From Trichoplax sp. H2 (Eukaryota): a DNA stretch of 64,000 bases. The notes beneath the pieces were generated by a model, which ran no database searches, was not told the origin of the DNA, and was given only the letters and a program-made list of their open reading frames with translations. The translations under genes were made by a program, and so were the position numbers. Of this stretch, positions 40,401 through 53,007 are shown piece after piece. The stretch covers positions 124,001 to 188,000 of the forward strand of contig NOWV01000019.1 of assembly GCA_003344405.1 (NCBI GenBank). Reading direction: 5' to 3'. Numbering within the stretch: position 1 is the first letter of the stretch; every line of letters starts with the position of its first letter.

Positions 40401-43400
40401 TCTAATTTCTTATCCAGACACAAATGACATTGTACGGTCTTTAATGTTACAATTTTAAAATTTAAAATTACTCCAGGCATGCAAATATTATCCTCTTAAA
40501 CGACATCGGAAGTTGGAAATGTTATCTTATGCATATATTTTGTTAAAAACTTCTAGGAACAGATCTTTAAATACAGCGTTGCACCAATTTTTAATATTCA
40601 GAGCATTAAATATGAAGACATCCATCCTAAACTTATACGTCTGTGTAATTTTAGTCAACATGAGCACTTATTAAAGGTATGTAGAGCATTTCGTATCTTG
40701 GTTATAATTCTTGATAATAACTATAATGTCTTTATAGTTCTTAATAGAGTCAAGTCCTTGGCTTCCTAAGGGTTTAAACGTGACAGGAAAATCTTTCGAG
40801 CGGACTTTATTAGGCTCTCTGCTATGCTACAGCTCAATTGTTCCAGCCTTACCTTTATTACAAGGCTTCGGCTTTACAACCTTACATACACTATCAGTAA
40901 GTTGAATTAAATGGCTATAGTAGCTAGTACATAGTAAAATTGAATAATATTGTAGTATTGAATTAACTAGGACGCTTTCTTTATATAGCCAGATTTCTCA
41001 AACCCAACCATGATGCGACCTGCTCAAGTAGAACATATCACTAGTTCTCTCCGAACTCAGAGGGAATACGTTCTAGAATTAATATTTACGGTAAATTACC
41101 CATCTTTTAAATACTGTATTGATCGACTGCATAATTGTAATGCATACTGTAAATTCTATATCTGTTAATATAAGCGTTTATCATTGTATTCATTTCATTT
41201 GTCCCTATTGCGCTAATCGTAGAATTCGTAATTACGAGGCATGCAGCATATCGTTAGTTTCTGCTATACGCCTATGATTATTCTATACAAACTTACGGTA
41301 TATTAATGATTGTGCTCATAAACTATTGCATTATACGCTAACTTTATCTCCACCAAAAATCATTATTTACCAAGATATTTAAAACCTCTTTGAAAGTATC
41401 TGTGGAATGTCGTGGTCATATTTTAGATTGGATCTCCTTATGCCTCTTTCATAACAAGCTTAGATCGAGTGTAAGTACGCCTGGAATTTGAGCAGTTTCA
41501 TTGATGAGTATTGAACCTATACTGGAAAGGGTTTATTGATTTACTAATATTTGCTATCATCTTTCTTTGTAGAGCGCATCACAAATGCATTTTCATGAAT
41601 TAGCTGGTGACGCATTCTTTCTAAATTTATCTTCCATTCTTATGGAATTATGTGACCCTTTTATGATTATATCTTCCCCGAAACTTTTAAAAATTGACCC
41701 AGAAGCTTGCATAGCTAAAAGCAGCGTAACGCAAGCTCATGGCATTTTCAGGCTAAATCTTTATAATGAGACTAAATTAGCTGATCAGACTTCATCAGGT
41801 AAGGATTAAAGAATAGCGCTAATTTTATAACCAGCGTACACCTTTCCTTATGCAGCTATTGTTATAGATATGATTTTGCATTGTTTAGTAATTACATATC
41901 TTCTGATTATTTTTGAATAAAAGAGAACAATACCATTGAAAAGGATGGAGATTTTAGCTTTATTACTGAAATATTCTTTTTGACCCACAAAACTTTACAT
42001 TTGGGTAATTATTAAGACCTTTCGATGTTTACATATCGAATTTATATGCTATTTAACTCTAACAAATGTCTATTTAGCGTTGCCTACCACAATTACTGTG
42101 TACAAAAATTTAATGGAACGCCTTGCAAAGGTTTTATATAAATTTTAGTATAATTATAATTAACGCCGCTGTAACTGTGTTCATATTCATATTTTCACAT
42201 TAGTTGCAGAATATGGTAAGTACTCCAGAAGGGCTTGCCAATACGAATCTACGACAAGAATTTGAAGCTGGTGTTTCACAGCAACTTGCTATGAAGGTTC
42301 GAATTTTGACTCTTATATTAAAAAGCTTTATTACCCACTAGCTTTATTGAATTAATATTATCTTCTTACTTTTGCAATATTGATAGGCGCATGTTTTAGA
42401 CCCCAAACTTTTGGAGCGCATACTGAATTTCTACAATGTAACGGCCGCCTGGGCTTTACAAATTTCTAATACCGACGGAAAACATTATAATCAAATCGAT
42501 TTAAATCAAGAAATGTTATCTACTTCTATCGAGGTAACGTTAAAGTAACCTAATCTCTCTTTACGTATCACTAAGAGATTATTGGTAGCTTTACAAATGA
42601 TCTAATATTATTAGGTACCAAAGAAATTTGCCATGCTGCCGGAGTTCATTGTCGATAGTTTAACCCAATTTATCATCTTTCTTGGGTATATTTAATTTAA
42701 TTTATGTAGCTTACAATATGACTTTTAGTTTATGAATAATTCATCTTATCGTATTGCTAAAAAAGAATATATCGCACTATCAGATTGATTGACCCACTGA
42801 TAAATACCTTTTGTTAGGCACTTTGCTCCGGAGATTCTAGAAATGCAATACGCTAAGTTAGAACCCCTTGTTATCTTCATTACTGGTTTAATGGGGTAAT
42901 GTACATTATACGTGCAATTATTAAAATGACACGTATAGAATAGATTCATTTTGCTATTAGCTTTTTTATGGTCTCTTCGCATTGCATAAAGAGACATAAC
43001 TTGATATTGCTGATTGTCTTGATTCTAGAAGTTCAAAATTCGCCAAAAATCCTCATGTACGTGCTCAGTTAGCTGATGCTTTGGCTCGCTTAGTTCCTAG
43101 TGATGCACATAAACGCATGTTAGAGGTTATTATTAATACAAATTGCGAAATTTATATAACTTGTCTCTTAACTCAGATACAGTCTCATATACTACTCAAT
43201 GATTATTTAACAAAGTGAAAGATTAGTAAGGTGCACCACAAATTTTAACCTTAAATATAGCAAATTTTCTTGGAAAGTAAGCAAATTCAAGATAGTTTGG
43301 CACTAGCAGTCCTTAATGTTTACGTTGACATCGAAAAGACAGATAATTCCGTTGAATTTGAGCAAAAATTCAGTAGGTTTCTGGTATTAGCCTATTAAAT

Positions 43401-45389
43401 TACGGCTACAACCTTCGAAGTCATAATGGTGCATTCCCTATTCATCGAGTAAACTATCTATCTATTTTTCTTACAGGTTATCGACATAATATCTACAATA
43501 TTTTAGAATATTTGTGGACTGTTCCTGCTTACAAAGAAAAAATGATAAAACTTAGCGAAGAGGTTAGTGTAATGATCTTCAAGATAAGTTTTACAAATCA
43601 TGGTACTGAATATTGTACAGTATTATAATTTGCACTTTAAGCTTATACAGGATACTTCCTTGTATTTTTTAAGGTAACTGTTGGAGAGCAAGGACTAAAA
43701 GACGTTATTTTTTTGCGATTTATTCATTTGCTTACCAACGATGCTGTCTTTCTACTCGATGAAGCACTAAGTGTATGCAAACTTTGATATTTTGTAAAGA
43801 TGATTAATATTGTAATAGCAGTTTTAAAAATCATTTTATGACGCTATCTATCATTTATTTACATTCCCAGACTTTATCAGATATTAAGAAATTACAGGAG
43901 GAATTAGCAGATGAGGAACTTAGTAGCCAAGCCAGACGAGAGGTGAGATCTATAAGTTGATTATGTATAATATCGCTCTTTATGATTTTTCTTGTATTTC
44001 ATTAATATTTGATGAGATTGATGTTAACAGTAAAAATGTTTAATGGCAATTTTGTTAGAAATTGCAACAACTAAGCTTTTCTAGCAGAATGGCTCGCTCG
44101 CTAAACATTCTTGGAAATCAAACTGTTAATGCCCTTACATTGTTAACACAAAGTATTGTTAGGTAATTATAGATAGATTCATTATACATTCGTAGTTGTG
44201 TTTTATTGAAAGCGTGCAAGAAAAGAAATTCATCACTCAATCTACTGCGACTTATAGTCGAATAGCTGTAGCTAATTGTTACTATTATTTTCATCAGACC
44301 TTTCACCGAAATTGGAATGGTGGATAGAATTGCTTCAATGTTAAACTACTTTTCTGTACGACTAGCTGGACCGAAACGTGGTACTTTCAAGGTTCTTCTT
44401 ATCATATAATGTATTTCATCATTAGAGAATAAATATTAAATTGTATTGTAATTAATTGGAATTTTATCAGTTGAAATATGGCGAAATAGCAATATATAAA
44501 TAGAGATGATTGAATGTGAGGTTTCTGTACCTTTATAACTGTCTATCTTACTATTATCAAAAGGTGAAAGATTTTTCCGAATTTCATTTTAAGCCCGATC
44601 AACTTATTTGCAATATTGCACTGATTTACACGCAATTGGGCCAATCGGAGAGCTTTTGTAAAGCGATAACGGAAGATGAAAGAAGCTATACGCCACAACT
44701 GTTTTACCAGATAGAGCGAGTTTTAAAGTATATTTGACTAATAGGCTAATTATATATTTTATAACATGTAAGAATATTTTCAGGTGGTTTTTTGGCTACA
44801 ATATGAATATAATTTGTTTCTTTTAGTAAATTGGCTCGACTAGATATTGTATCAGAATTTAAAGAATTACACGACAAAGTTACCAAATTTGCAGCTGAGA
44901 AGAAGGAAATTGAGGAGGCTATGCCCGAAGTAAGCAGTTTCTGTTTTCTTATTGGTTTACTCTTTTATGAAAGCTGAACCAAAAATTAATATCGATAATA
45001 CCATATTTATTACTTAGCCTCCTGAAGAGTTTTTAGATCCGATAATGAATACATTAATGGTTAATCCGGTAATATTACCTACGTCTGGAAAAATAATGGA
45101 TAAGGCAACAATCACGCGGCACTTATTTAGGTAATTTCTTTTTGATGATACTATGTATAGCTCATTCTACAATGCTCTTAACGCCTAACAAAAATGATCA
45201 AGATACTGAATTAAAAATTGCCAGTATGTTGTAATGTGGCCTATGTAATCTCTTCGTAGTAGTCAGAGTGATCCATTTAACAGACTGCCGTTGCAGCTGG
45301 ATGATCTAGTTCCGCATCAGGAGCTCAAAGAACGAATAGAGCAGTGGCTAAGAGATAACAAGATAATATTACCGGATCAAAATGATTAG
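37441..45389 (+). CDS. UBE4A: Ubiquitin conjugation factor E4 A (U-box), about 29 exons
   Basis: N-terminal [11 protein letters not shown] and [11 protein letters not shown]; Ufd2 core [71 protein letters not shown]-box [24 protein letters not shown]...[18 protein letters not shown]. Stop TAG at 45387-45389. Confidence 0.94.
38850..39897. other. Assembly gap (N at 39300-39319) flanked by two near-identical allelic copies of one UBE4A intron and exon
   Basis: About 38850-39299 recurs at 39320-39897 with a few SNPs. The second copy has an extra tandem duplication of about 127 bp (39371-39624). Confidence 0.88.
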
Positions 45390-47277
45390 TACTCCTTTTA
45401 ATACAACGAAAATACTCGTATGTTAAAATCATCAGTGACGAACAACGGAATAATGTAAATTTATCGTTATATGATTTTTGTTTTCTGAAAGCATAATAGA
45501 TTAATATGTTATGATTAATATTATTACCATCTATATGATTTTATCTTAAATTTAAATTGAGAATTACATTATACACTTACGCATTGTCGTTTGACCCTTC
45601 GATCGTTATATGTGATTTCATAAAATAATAATTTTGAATTATACGAAATGAGATTAATTTCTATAATACACTGTAGGGCAGAATTGATTTCATTGATACC
45701 TATGTACGGAATATTATAATAGTAATATAATATGCATACACGTATAAATAATTGGTGAAGCTATAATTTCCCGCTGTTATTTCCATAATCTTAATCGGCA
45801 CTTGACATTAAATGATTTTACACATTCTACAGGATATTGAAATTTTGGGGTCGATTAATTTGAAAATTTTAAACAGTTCTTTATGTGCCACTAAATATTA
45901 ACATGAAGGAAATTGCAGCAGCACCCATCTACTTGTTTCTTATGAGTCATATGTCATTGCATGGAGTATAAGTGCAATTTCATTTTGCTCTGTAAAATGC
46001 TAATGGAATATACGTACTTTAAGGTGTATGAGAGTACTAGTTTCGTCATCTTTTACTTATTTATGTCAATGTAGAGGATAAAATGTAGTTGAATGGCGTA
46101 GATTAATAAAAGGGTTGAAAGATAGGGCAGCAATTACCACATACAATTTCGATTCTAACGTTCAATTTGGCCAGTATGCAAGAGATGTACAGTAATTGGA
46201 TAGATTAGGTTAGTTAATTCCAGTTTGATGGTAGTGTAGGGTTGGCTCAGTTAACGTATCCATGAGTGTACCTTTTATGGTGTTAACCTATCGATTTCGA
46301 GGCATAGCGATTTTATCTATTTATTGTTAAACTGTTCGCATTAAATGTCGGATGCATCATGAGATACATGTAAGTTTGAAATCATGCTCTTTCACATCTA
46401 TAGATCACATCAGTGACTATTCGAAACAAGAAAGGTCCCTGATTACATCTACTCTGTCACACCTATAATACACAAGGCATAGAATAAAAACTGAATCCGG
46501 TAAAATTTTATTTTCAAGATTCCTAAATTCAATTCAGTAATTGCAACAGTATCTAAACGAACCGACGGCACATTAGCTGCAAAGAGACGGTGTGCAATAT
46601 ACATCCATGTATGGCCATATGAACGCTAATTTGCTAGCTACAGTAATTCACACATGTAACATTAAAATTATCCAAAGTTGCAAAGTAATCGAAAGGAAAT
46701 TAAAGCAACGAAGTCAAGGTAACCAAACATTAATGGATCGCAGATATAAACTGCTATTTCTCCAATATTTACAGTAGATGCCTTGATTCAAAGATGAGAT
46801 GGTAATGTTATGAAGTGCAGTACACGTACTTGTATACAGTACTGATAGGACTCGATCATTCAAAGGATACGTGTACTGCAGTAAGGTTATCACAAACTCA
46901 TTTGAGTAGTAACAGTGCTGATACTAAAATTTGATATATTTAGTGAATTCTAGATTGATGCATCTGAACATTGCAACTGGCATTAACACACTACTCAAAA
47001 AAATCGATGCAATATTGCGTTGATGACGTAGATTGGCTCATGATATAGTTTCACATATAATCACATTAATTGCAAATTCGTACTAAATTATAATAGAATA
47101 ATTTTATCATATGAGGTAACAAAAAATATTTTACGCGCACAATAAAAATTTCAATTAACCCTTTGCATATTTTAAATATACAGTATAAAAAGGTCATATC
47201 ATGAATCTCGCTTTACTACTTGTTGAAGTAACGGGAGCCTTTAGTGGATTGCCTATACTTTAGAGGTTACTACGTTA

Positions 47278-49830
47278 CTACGAGAGAAATTTGACGCCAC
47301 CACTGTTATCATTGTCGTTGGGCTGGATATCAAACATAACGGCTTTTCCTTTCTTCTCTAGCACTCGTAACGCACGCTTTAATACCCAAGTTTCTATCTC
47401 ATAAAATTCTAGCCAGGTTTAGAAAATAACAAGGAATAGTTTAGTAACAATCATTTCACTTTGCAGATTTGGTATACAGTATACGCATACAGTGTATGTC
47501 ATACAACTGAGCGCATTAAAATATGTATTGATACAATACTGTAGTATAATTTTATTACAGCATTGCACAATTTTAGTTACAGTTACGAATGGATCATCAT
47601 TTTATCCATAGGATAAAACAGGAATAGTACAGTAGATCTTGAAATAATTAAGATAGATGATATCGTACCTTCCTTCTTTACATCGTTGCCTAACTGTAAT
47701 TCGTATAAGGTGCAAACTGTATTTGTCATACCGCTGCGTTCAGCCTAATAGAATTGTTAATTAATACCACGAAGATAGTAATCAGTAATAATGCATAGCA
47801 ATAGCGAAACTTTATCAGGAAGATAATTTCATTGAAAATACTTCTAATTTAATATCCTTGCGGTTGATATACATTCGTCTAGTATAAACCGATATTGGCC
47901 GTAACATTACAACTACCAGATGTAATTTAAAATAATGACGATATGTATGCTCAGTATGGACTATATTAACAAGTAACGATAACAGATAAAGGCAATGTGC
48001 TAAATGATCTGTTAAAAGTATACTTTTTATCATCTACTTACTGTTTATTATGATAGTATATCTATGGATTGATGATACTCACCCAATTGAAGATCAGTTT
48101 AGCCCACTCTTCCGCCGATCTCCACATTAATAAAGCTCTAGACATTTTCTTATCTTGCCATTCCAGTAAGCCTGCAAAGCATGAGCTATACAAATCACTA
48201 CAATTTGTCTACTCTGATTACCAACTGTAGTATATGGTAGTTATTATGCTGTACATGTAATTGAAATGCTAGATAAATGAATGCATGGCTGCATACCATT
48301 CACTTAATTACAAGTATATCGTATGATAATTGATGATTGTCCTTCATCACTGGCTAGTATTTTAACCATAATTACTGTAATGGACATTCTAGACGCATGA
48401 TCTTCGTGTCTCAAGACAGTGTATTTGAAGTGAAGGCCAAGTCATCCGACCGTAAGCGAAAAAGTTTCGCTGATGTTTAATTAAATATACTAACCTTTAT
48501 CTTTCAGAGCGTTTAGCACCAGATAGACACCATCGATTGGTAGTTTTCCTTAATTACTGTTAAAGAAATAGATTGCATCGATATAGCGTTGAAAGTGATC
48601 GATCTTTCTATTAGTCAACTAATTAACTTCAAGTGCTGTTCTAGTTCTGTATTGCTTACATTAATTAATGGCTATAAATTTAGAAAGGATACGTTTGATT
48701 TTAGCATTATGAAATAAAGGACTAGACAGTGACTCTTGGACATCGATCGCGTAAGATTTAATATGCTTTTGATAGTCTAACACCAGTTCACACCAGGCTT
48801 GAATTTGTTTGGTTTGAGTTTCAACATTTGGCTGAATCCTACATGATATAAAATGTCATCAGTTTACTTTTCACATCCAGTACTTGTACGTAACAGTTAC
48901 CTCTAAAATCACTTTCAATGGATATACTAGTATAATAAATTACTAGTAGTACCAAATTTGATGATGAAATGATATATCCAAACTACAGTATATCATTTTT
49001 ATTCACGCATATGTCCTATTGTACAATAAAAAGTGGCATAACACGAAAGAAATTGGACTCAAAGCGTTGGATCTTGTGGATCGTGATAAGTGGTATTAGT
49101 AAGTATTGGACAGGCAATCAACTTCTTTGAGTACAGACTATCCACTACAATTAGTTCTATCCGAGATAGGTTGCAATTTCAAGGTTAATCATGGTACTGT
49201 AGTGTTGGTAGAACGTACAAGATCGATGCCAGTGATGGCTAGTACTATTTTGATCAGTAAATCCAAAAGGACAGACAAGTAATCGACTTCTCTAGTGATA
49301 CTAAATGATTGATCGTTTTTGCGTGTATGTGTGTAAGCGAGTAGTTTATAGGTTAGAAATCCCAGTTTGAATGGTGCATCAGAATAATATAGGCAATTTT
49401 GCTGAGCATTAGATAAAGTGGTATGCTATAGTATACTTTGTAGGACATTTTATCACTTCATAAATGTACAGTATGAGTTGATTTTACTGTACTGAAGAGT
49501 AGAATGATCGCCAGACCTGATCCTTGAAATGACAAAAACTACAGGAAGGAAGTAATATTACACGCACGTATCTACAAAGCAAACTAAAGCTGAGTCGATT
49601 GTGATGCTGATGAACTAGAAGAGCAGTGATAATAAGCAATTCTTGAAGTTTCATAGCACTCCATAACAGTTTATTTTTGATTCGTTCATTAGTCTAGAAG
49701 ACAACATTCAAATTGGGTCATGGGCATACTGCTGTCCATCGATCTCACAACAAGACACTTACGTAAAGAATGGCGGAAAGTCGTATTGCCATGGCCATTG
49801 AAAATTGGCTAATTGCTTAGCAGTCGTCAT
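47278..49830 (-). CDS. VPS25: ESCRT-II subunit VPS25, 6 exons
   Basis: FQWPWQYDFPPFFTIQPNVETQTKQIQAWCELVLDY...PLFHNAKIKRKLPIDG...LEWQDK...LMWRSAEEWAKLIFNW...NTVCTLYELQLG...LKRALRVLEKKGKA...GVKFLS*. An alternative in-frame ATG lies at 49836. Confidence 0.96.
48549..48692 (-). other. U12-type (minor spliceosome) GT-AG intron in VPS25
   Basis: Donor GTATCCTTT; branch-point-like TTCTTTAAC (48559-48567) 10 nt from the intron 3' end; no polypyrimidine tract; splicing restores K-R-K-L-P. Confidence 0.88.
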
Positions 49831-50209
49831 GATCATCAATAGTTCAATGGTATTCTAACTTGACTTGGAGACTTGGCAGTGGTTTCAAGTCGCAGAATAG
49901 GAAGAAAATGGAGTCGAATGATGGATTTTACGCTACTGTTGGAGCCAGTCCGACTTCAAAGTGGCATCTCGCTTGTCCGATGCAAGCCCGTAAATCTGCT
50001 GTATCATACAGTACTGTTCATTGCATACTACAGTATCATCGAGCCGGTATGCAGTTGATGGACATATTGGACACCACCTCAACAAGGGACTGCAGTATGG
50101 CAGGACCATGGACGACGACTAATAATTTAGAGCAGAACAGACTTTGCAAATTTCTCTACATTATATACAACATGCCGTTAAAAATAGAGAAGACACAGTC
50201 TATTCCATC

Positions 50210-52062
50210 TTGGATAACTTATAGAAACAATAGCTTGTTTGATATTGGTTAAAAGTCCCTGGTATAACCCATAGAGTTAGTTCGTTTTTGAATCTCGATC
50301 TAGGTTGGGAAATTTTTTTTTCCTAATATTTCTTGACTTGCGGATTATTTTACCTCCATAACCTACGTTTGGTTAGTCACTAAAATAAATAACTCATCCA
50401 TGAATATACAGTGTAGTGGTACAGTCTTGTATATTATTAGTCACTGGATAACCTACAGAACCAATGACTTGTTGGATATTTGTTAAAAGTCCCTGGTATA
50501 ACCCATAGAGTTCGTTTTTGAACCTAGATTGGAAAATTTTTTTGCTTACGGGTTATTTTACCTCCATAACCTACAGTTGCTTAGTCGCTAAAGTAAATAA
50601 TTCATCTATGAATATTCGTACAGTGCAGTGACACAGTCTTCTATTTTTACATAGAGATCGTTTTTTAATCTTGATCTAGATAGGGAAATTTTATTTTTAT
50701 AATATTTCTTGACTTACGAGTTATTTTACCTCCATAGCCCACGTTTGGTTAGTCACTAAAATAAATAACTTATTCATGAATATACAGTGTAGTGGCACAG
50801 TCTTGTGTATTTTTAGTCATTGGATAACCCATAAAACCAATGGCTTCTTAGATATTTGTTAAAAGTCTTTGGTATAACCCATGGAGTTCGTTTTTGAATC
50901 TCGATCTAGGTTGGAAAGTTTTTTATAATTTTTTTTGCTTACGGGTTATTTTACCTCCATAACCTACAGTTGGTTAGTCGCTAAAATAAATAGTTCATTC
51001 AAGAATATTTGTACAGTATAGTAATACTATCTTCTATTTTTAGATAGAGTTCGTTTTTTAATTTCGATCTAGATTGGGAAATTTTTTTTCATAATATTTC
51101 TTGACTTACGAGTTATTTTACCTCCATAACCTACGTTTGGTTAGTTACTGAAATAAATAATTCGTTCATGAACATACAGTGCAGGGACACAGTCTTGTAT
51201 ATTTTTAGTCATTGGATAACCTATAGAACCGATGACTTGTTGGATATTTATTAAAAGTCTTTGGTATAACCCATAGAGTTCATTTTTGAATCTCGATCTC
51301 GATTTTGGAAAATTTTTTTATTACTTACGGGTTATTTTACCTCCATAACCTACATATAGTTCATTTTCACTAGAATAAATAATTCTTTCATGAATAGAGT
51401 CACACTGTCTTAAATATATTTAGTCATTGAATAACCTATAGAACCAATGATTTATAGGATATTTATTAAAAGTCCATGGTATAACCATAGAGTTTGTCTT
51501 TTAATCTCGATCTCGATTGGGAAATATTTTTTTCATAATATTTCTTTACTTGCGGGTTATTGCACCTCTATAACCTATATAGTAGGTCGGTCACTAAAAT
51601 AAATAATTCATTGATGAATGTAGTGATACAGTCTTATATATTTTTAGTCATTGGATAACCCATACAACCAATGACTTGTTGGATATTTGTTCAAAGTCTC
51701 TGGTATAACCCATAGAGTTCGTTTTTGAATCTCGATCTAAATTGGAAAATTTTTTTTATTATTTTTTTGAATTACGGGTTATTTCACCTCCATAACCTAC
51801 AGTTAGCTAGTCACTAACATAAATCATTCATTCATGACTATACAGTGTAGTGATACAGTCTTCTATTTTAGTCATTGGATAACCTATACAACCAATGACT
51901 TGTTGGATATCTGTTAAAAGTTCCTAGTATAACCCGTAGAGTTCTTCTTTTAATCTGGATCTAGATTAGGGAATTCTTTTTTATCCTTATTTTTTACTTA
52001 CGGATTATTTTACCTCCATAACCTACAGTTAGTTAATCACTAAAATAAATAATTCATTCATT
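50210..52062. repeat. Tandem satellite, about 9 units of roughly 168 or 205-225 bp
   Basis: The TTATTTTACCTCCATAACC core recurs near 50345, 50552, 50720, 50945, 51113, 51331, 51557, 51779 and 52004. Confidence 0.95.
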
Positions 52063-53007
52063 CATAGTAATGGCTCATTGATCGTAGAGTTAGTTCATGG
52101 AGTGAAATTAAATAGTGAGTACTATAGACCATCGCGGCAGAAATGTCATCTTGTAGAAGTGTTACAGTATATCACACTAGGTAAGCTGCAATGCTGCATT
52201 TTGGTGATCACTAAGTAGTCGGCCGCTCGCATGCTATCCCAGCAGCTACTTCTACTTTCCTACCAATTGAATGAAGAGTATAAAAGAATAAATAACTTAA
52301 TGGGCCCAAAGCGATTTACTAATGTAAAATAGATTCTGTAGTCTGTACTGTATAAATATTAATGTTCATCGTGCAATAGTTCTAACGTAATTGACAAGTA
52401 TCACAGTTCTATAGGACAGTGCCATATCTAGTAGTAGGGACAAACTACTGTCATCAAGTAGCCATCACAGTAAAATAATATGCAAGCTTATCATTTCTTG
52501 CTCATTCTTCTATATGGTAGTAATGAAAGTAAAAGAGAGAAATGATTTTAATAAGGACTAATGGAGTACCGCAAGTCCACTCAGTTATACATAAACTGTC
52601 ATAGTATTGACTAATAAGTAAATTAAGAACGTAGTTTAGCAACCGATTCCGATATGTTGTTGGCGCAAGCTGCTCAGTATAAGTTATAACTAATGTTATA
52701 ACTTATATTATAACCCGTACATAGTACTACAGGCGTGCGGTAAAACAAGGACTAGTATCTTAGCAATTCCCGCATTATTAATGTTGGTACATGTACATTT
52801 CTTGTTGACCAATCACAGAATATGACATCCATTTTGCCCTACTGTCATGAACCATGAAAGCATCACTTGTCATAGTTTATGATAGTATTTTGGCAGGCAG
52901 CATAGTATATAAAATGCAAACTTTAGACTTCCACCTGACATTCCTCGTCGATTAATAAATGTCTACATCAGTGCACTAAGCCATAGCTCATTTCATGCCT
53001 ACAGTCC

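Noticed and set aside
49860-50252. 130-aa ORF divergent from VPS25
   Set aside because: TTG start, overlaps the promoter and satellite edge, and has no recognisable domain.
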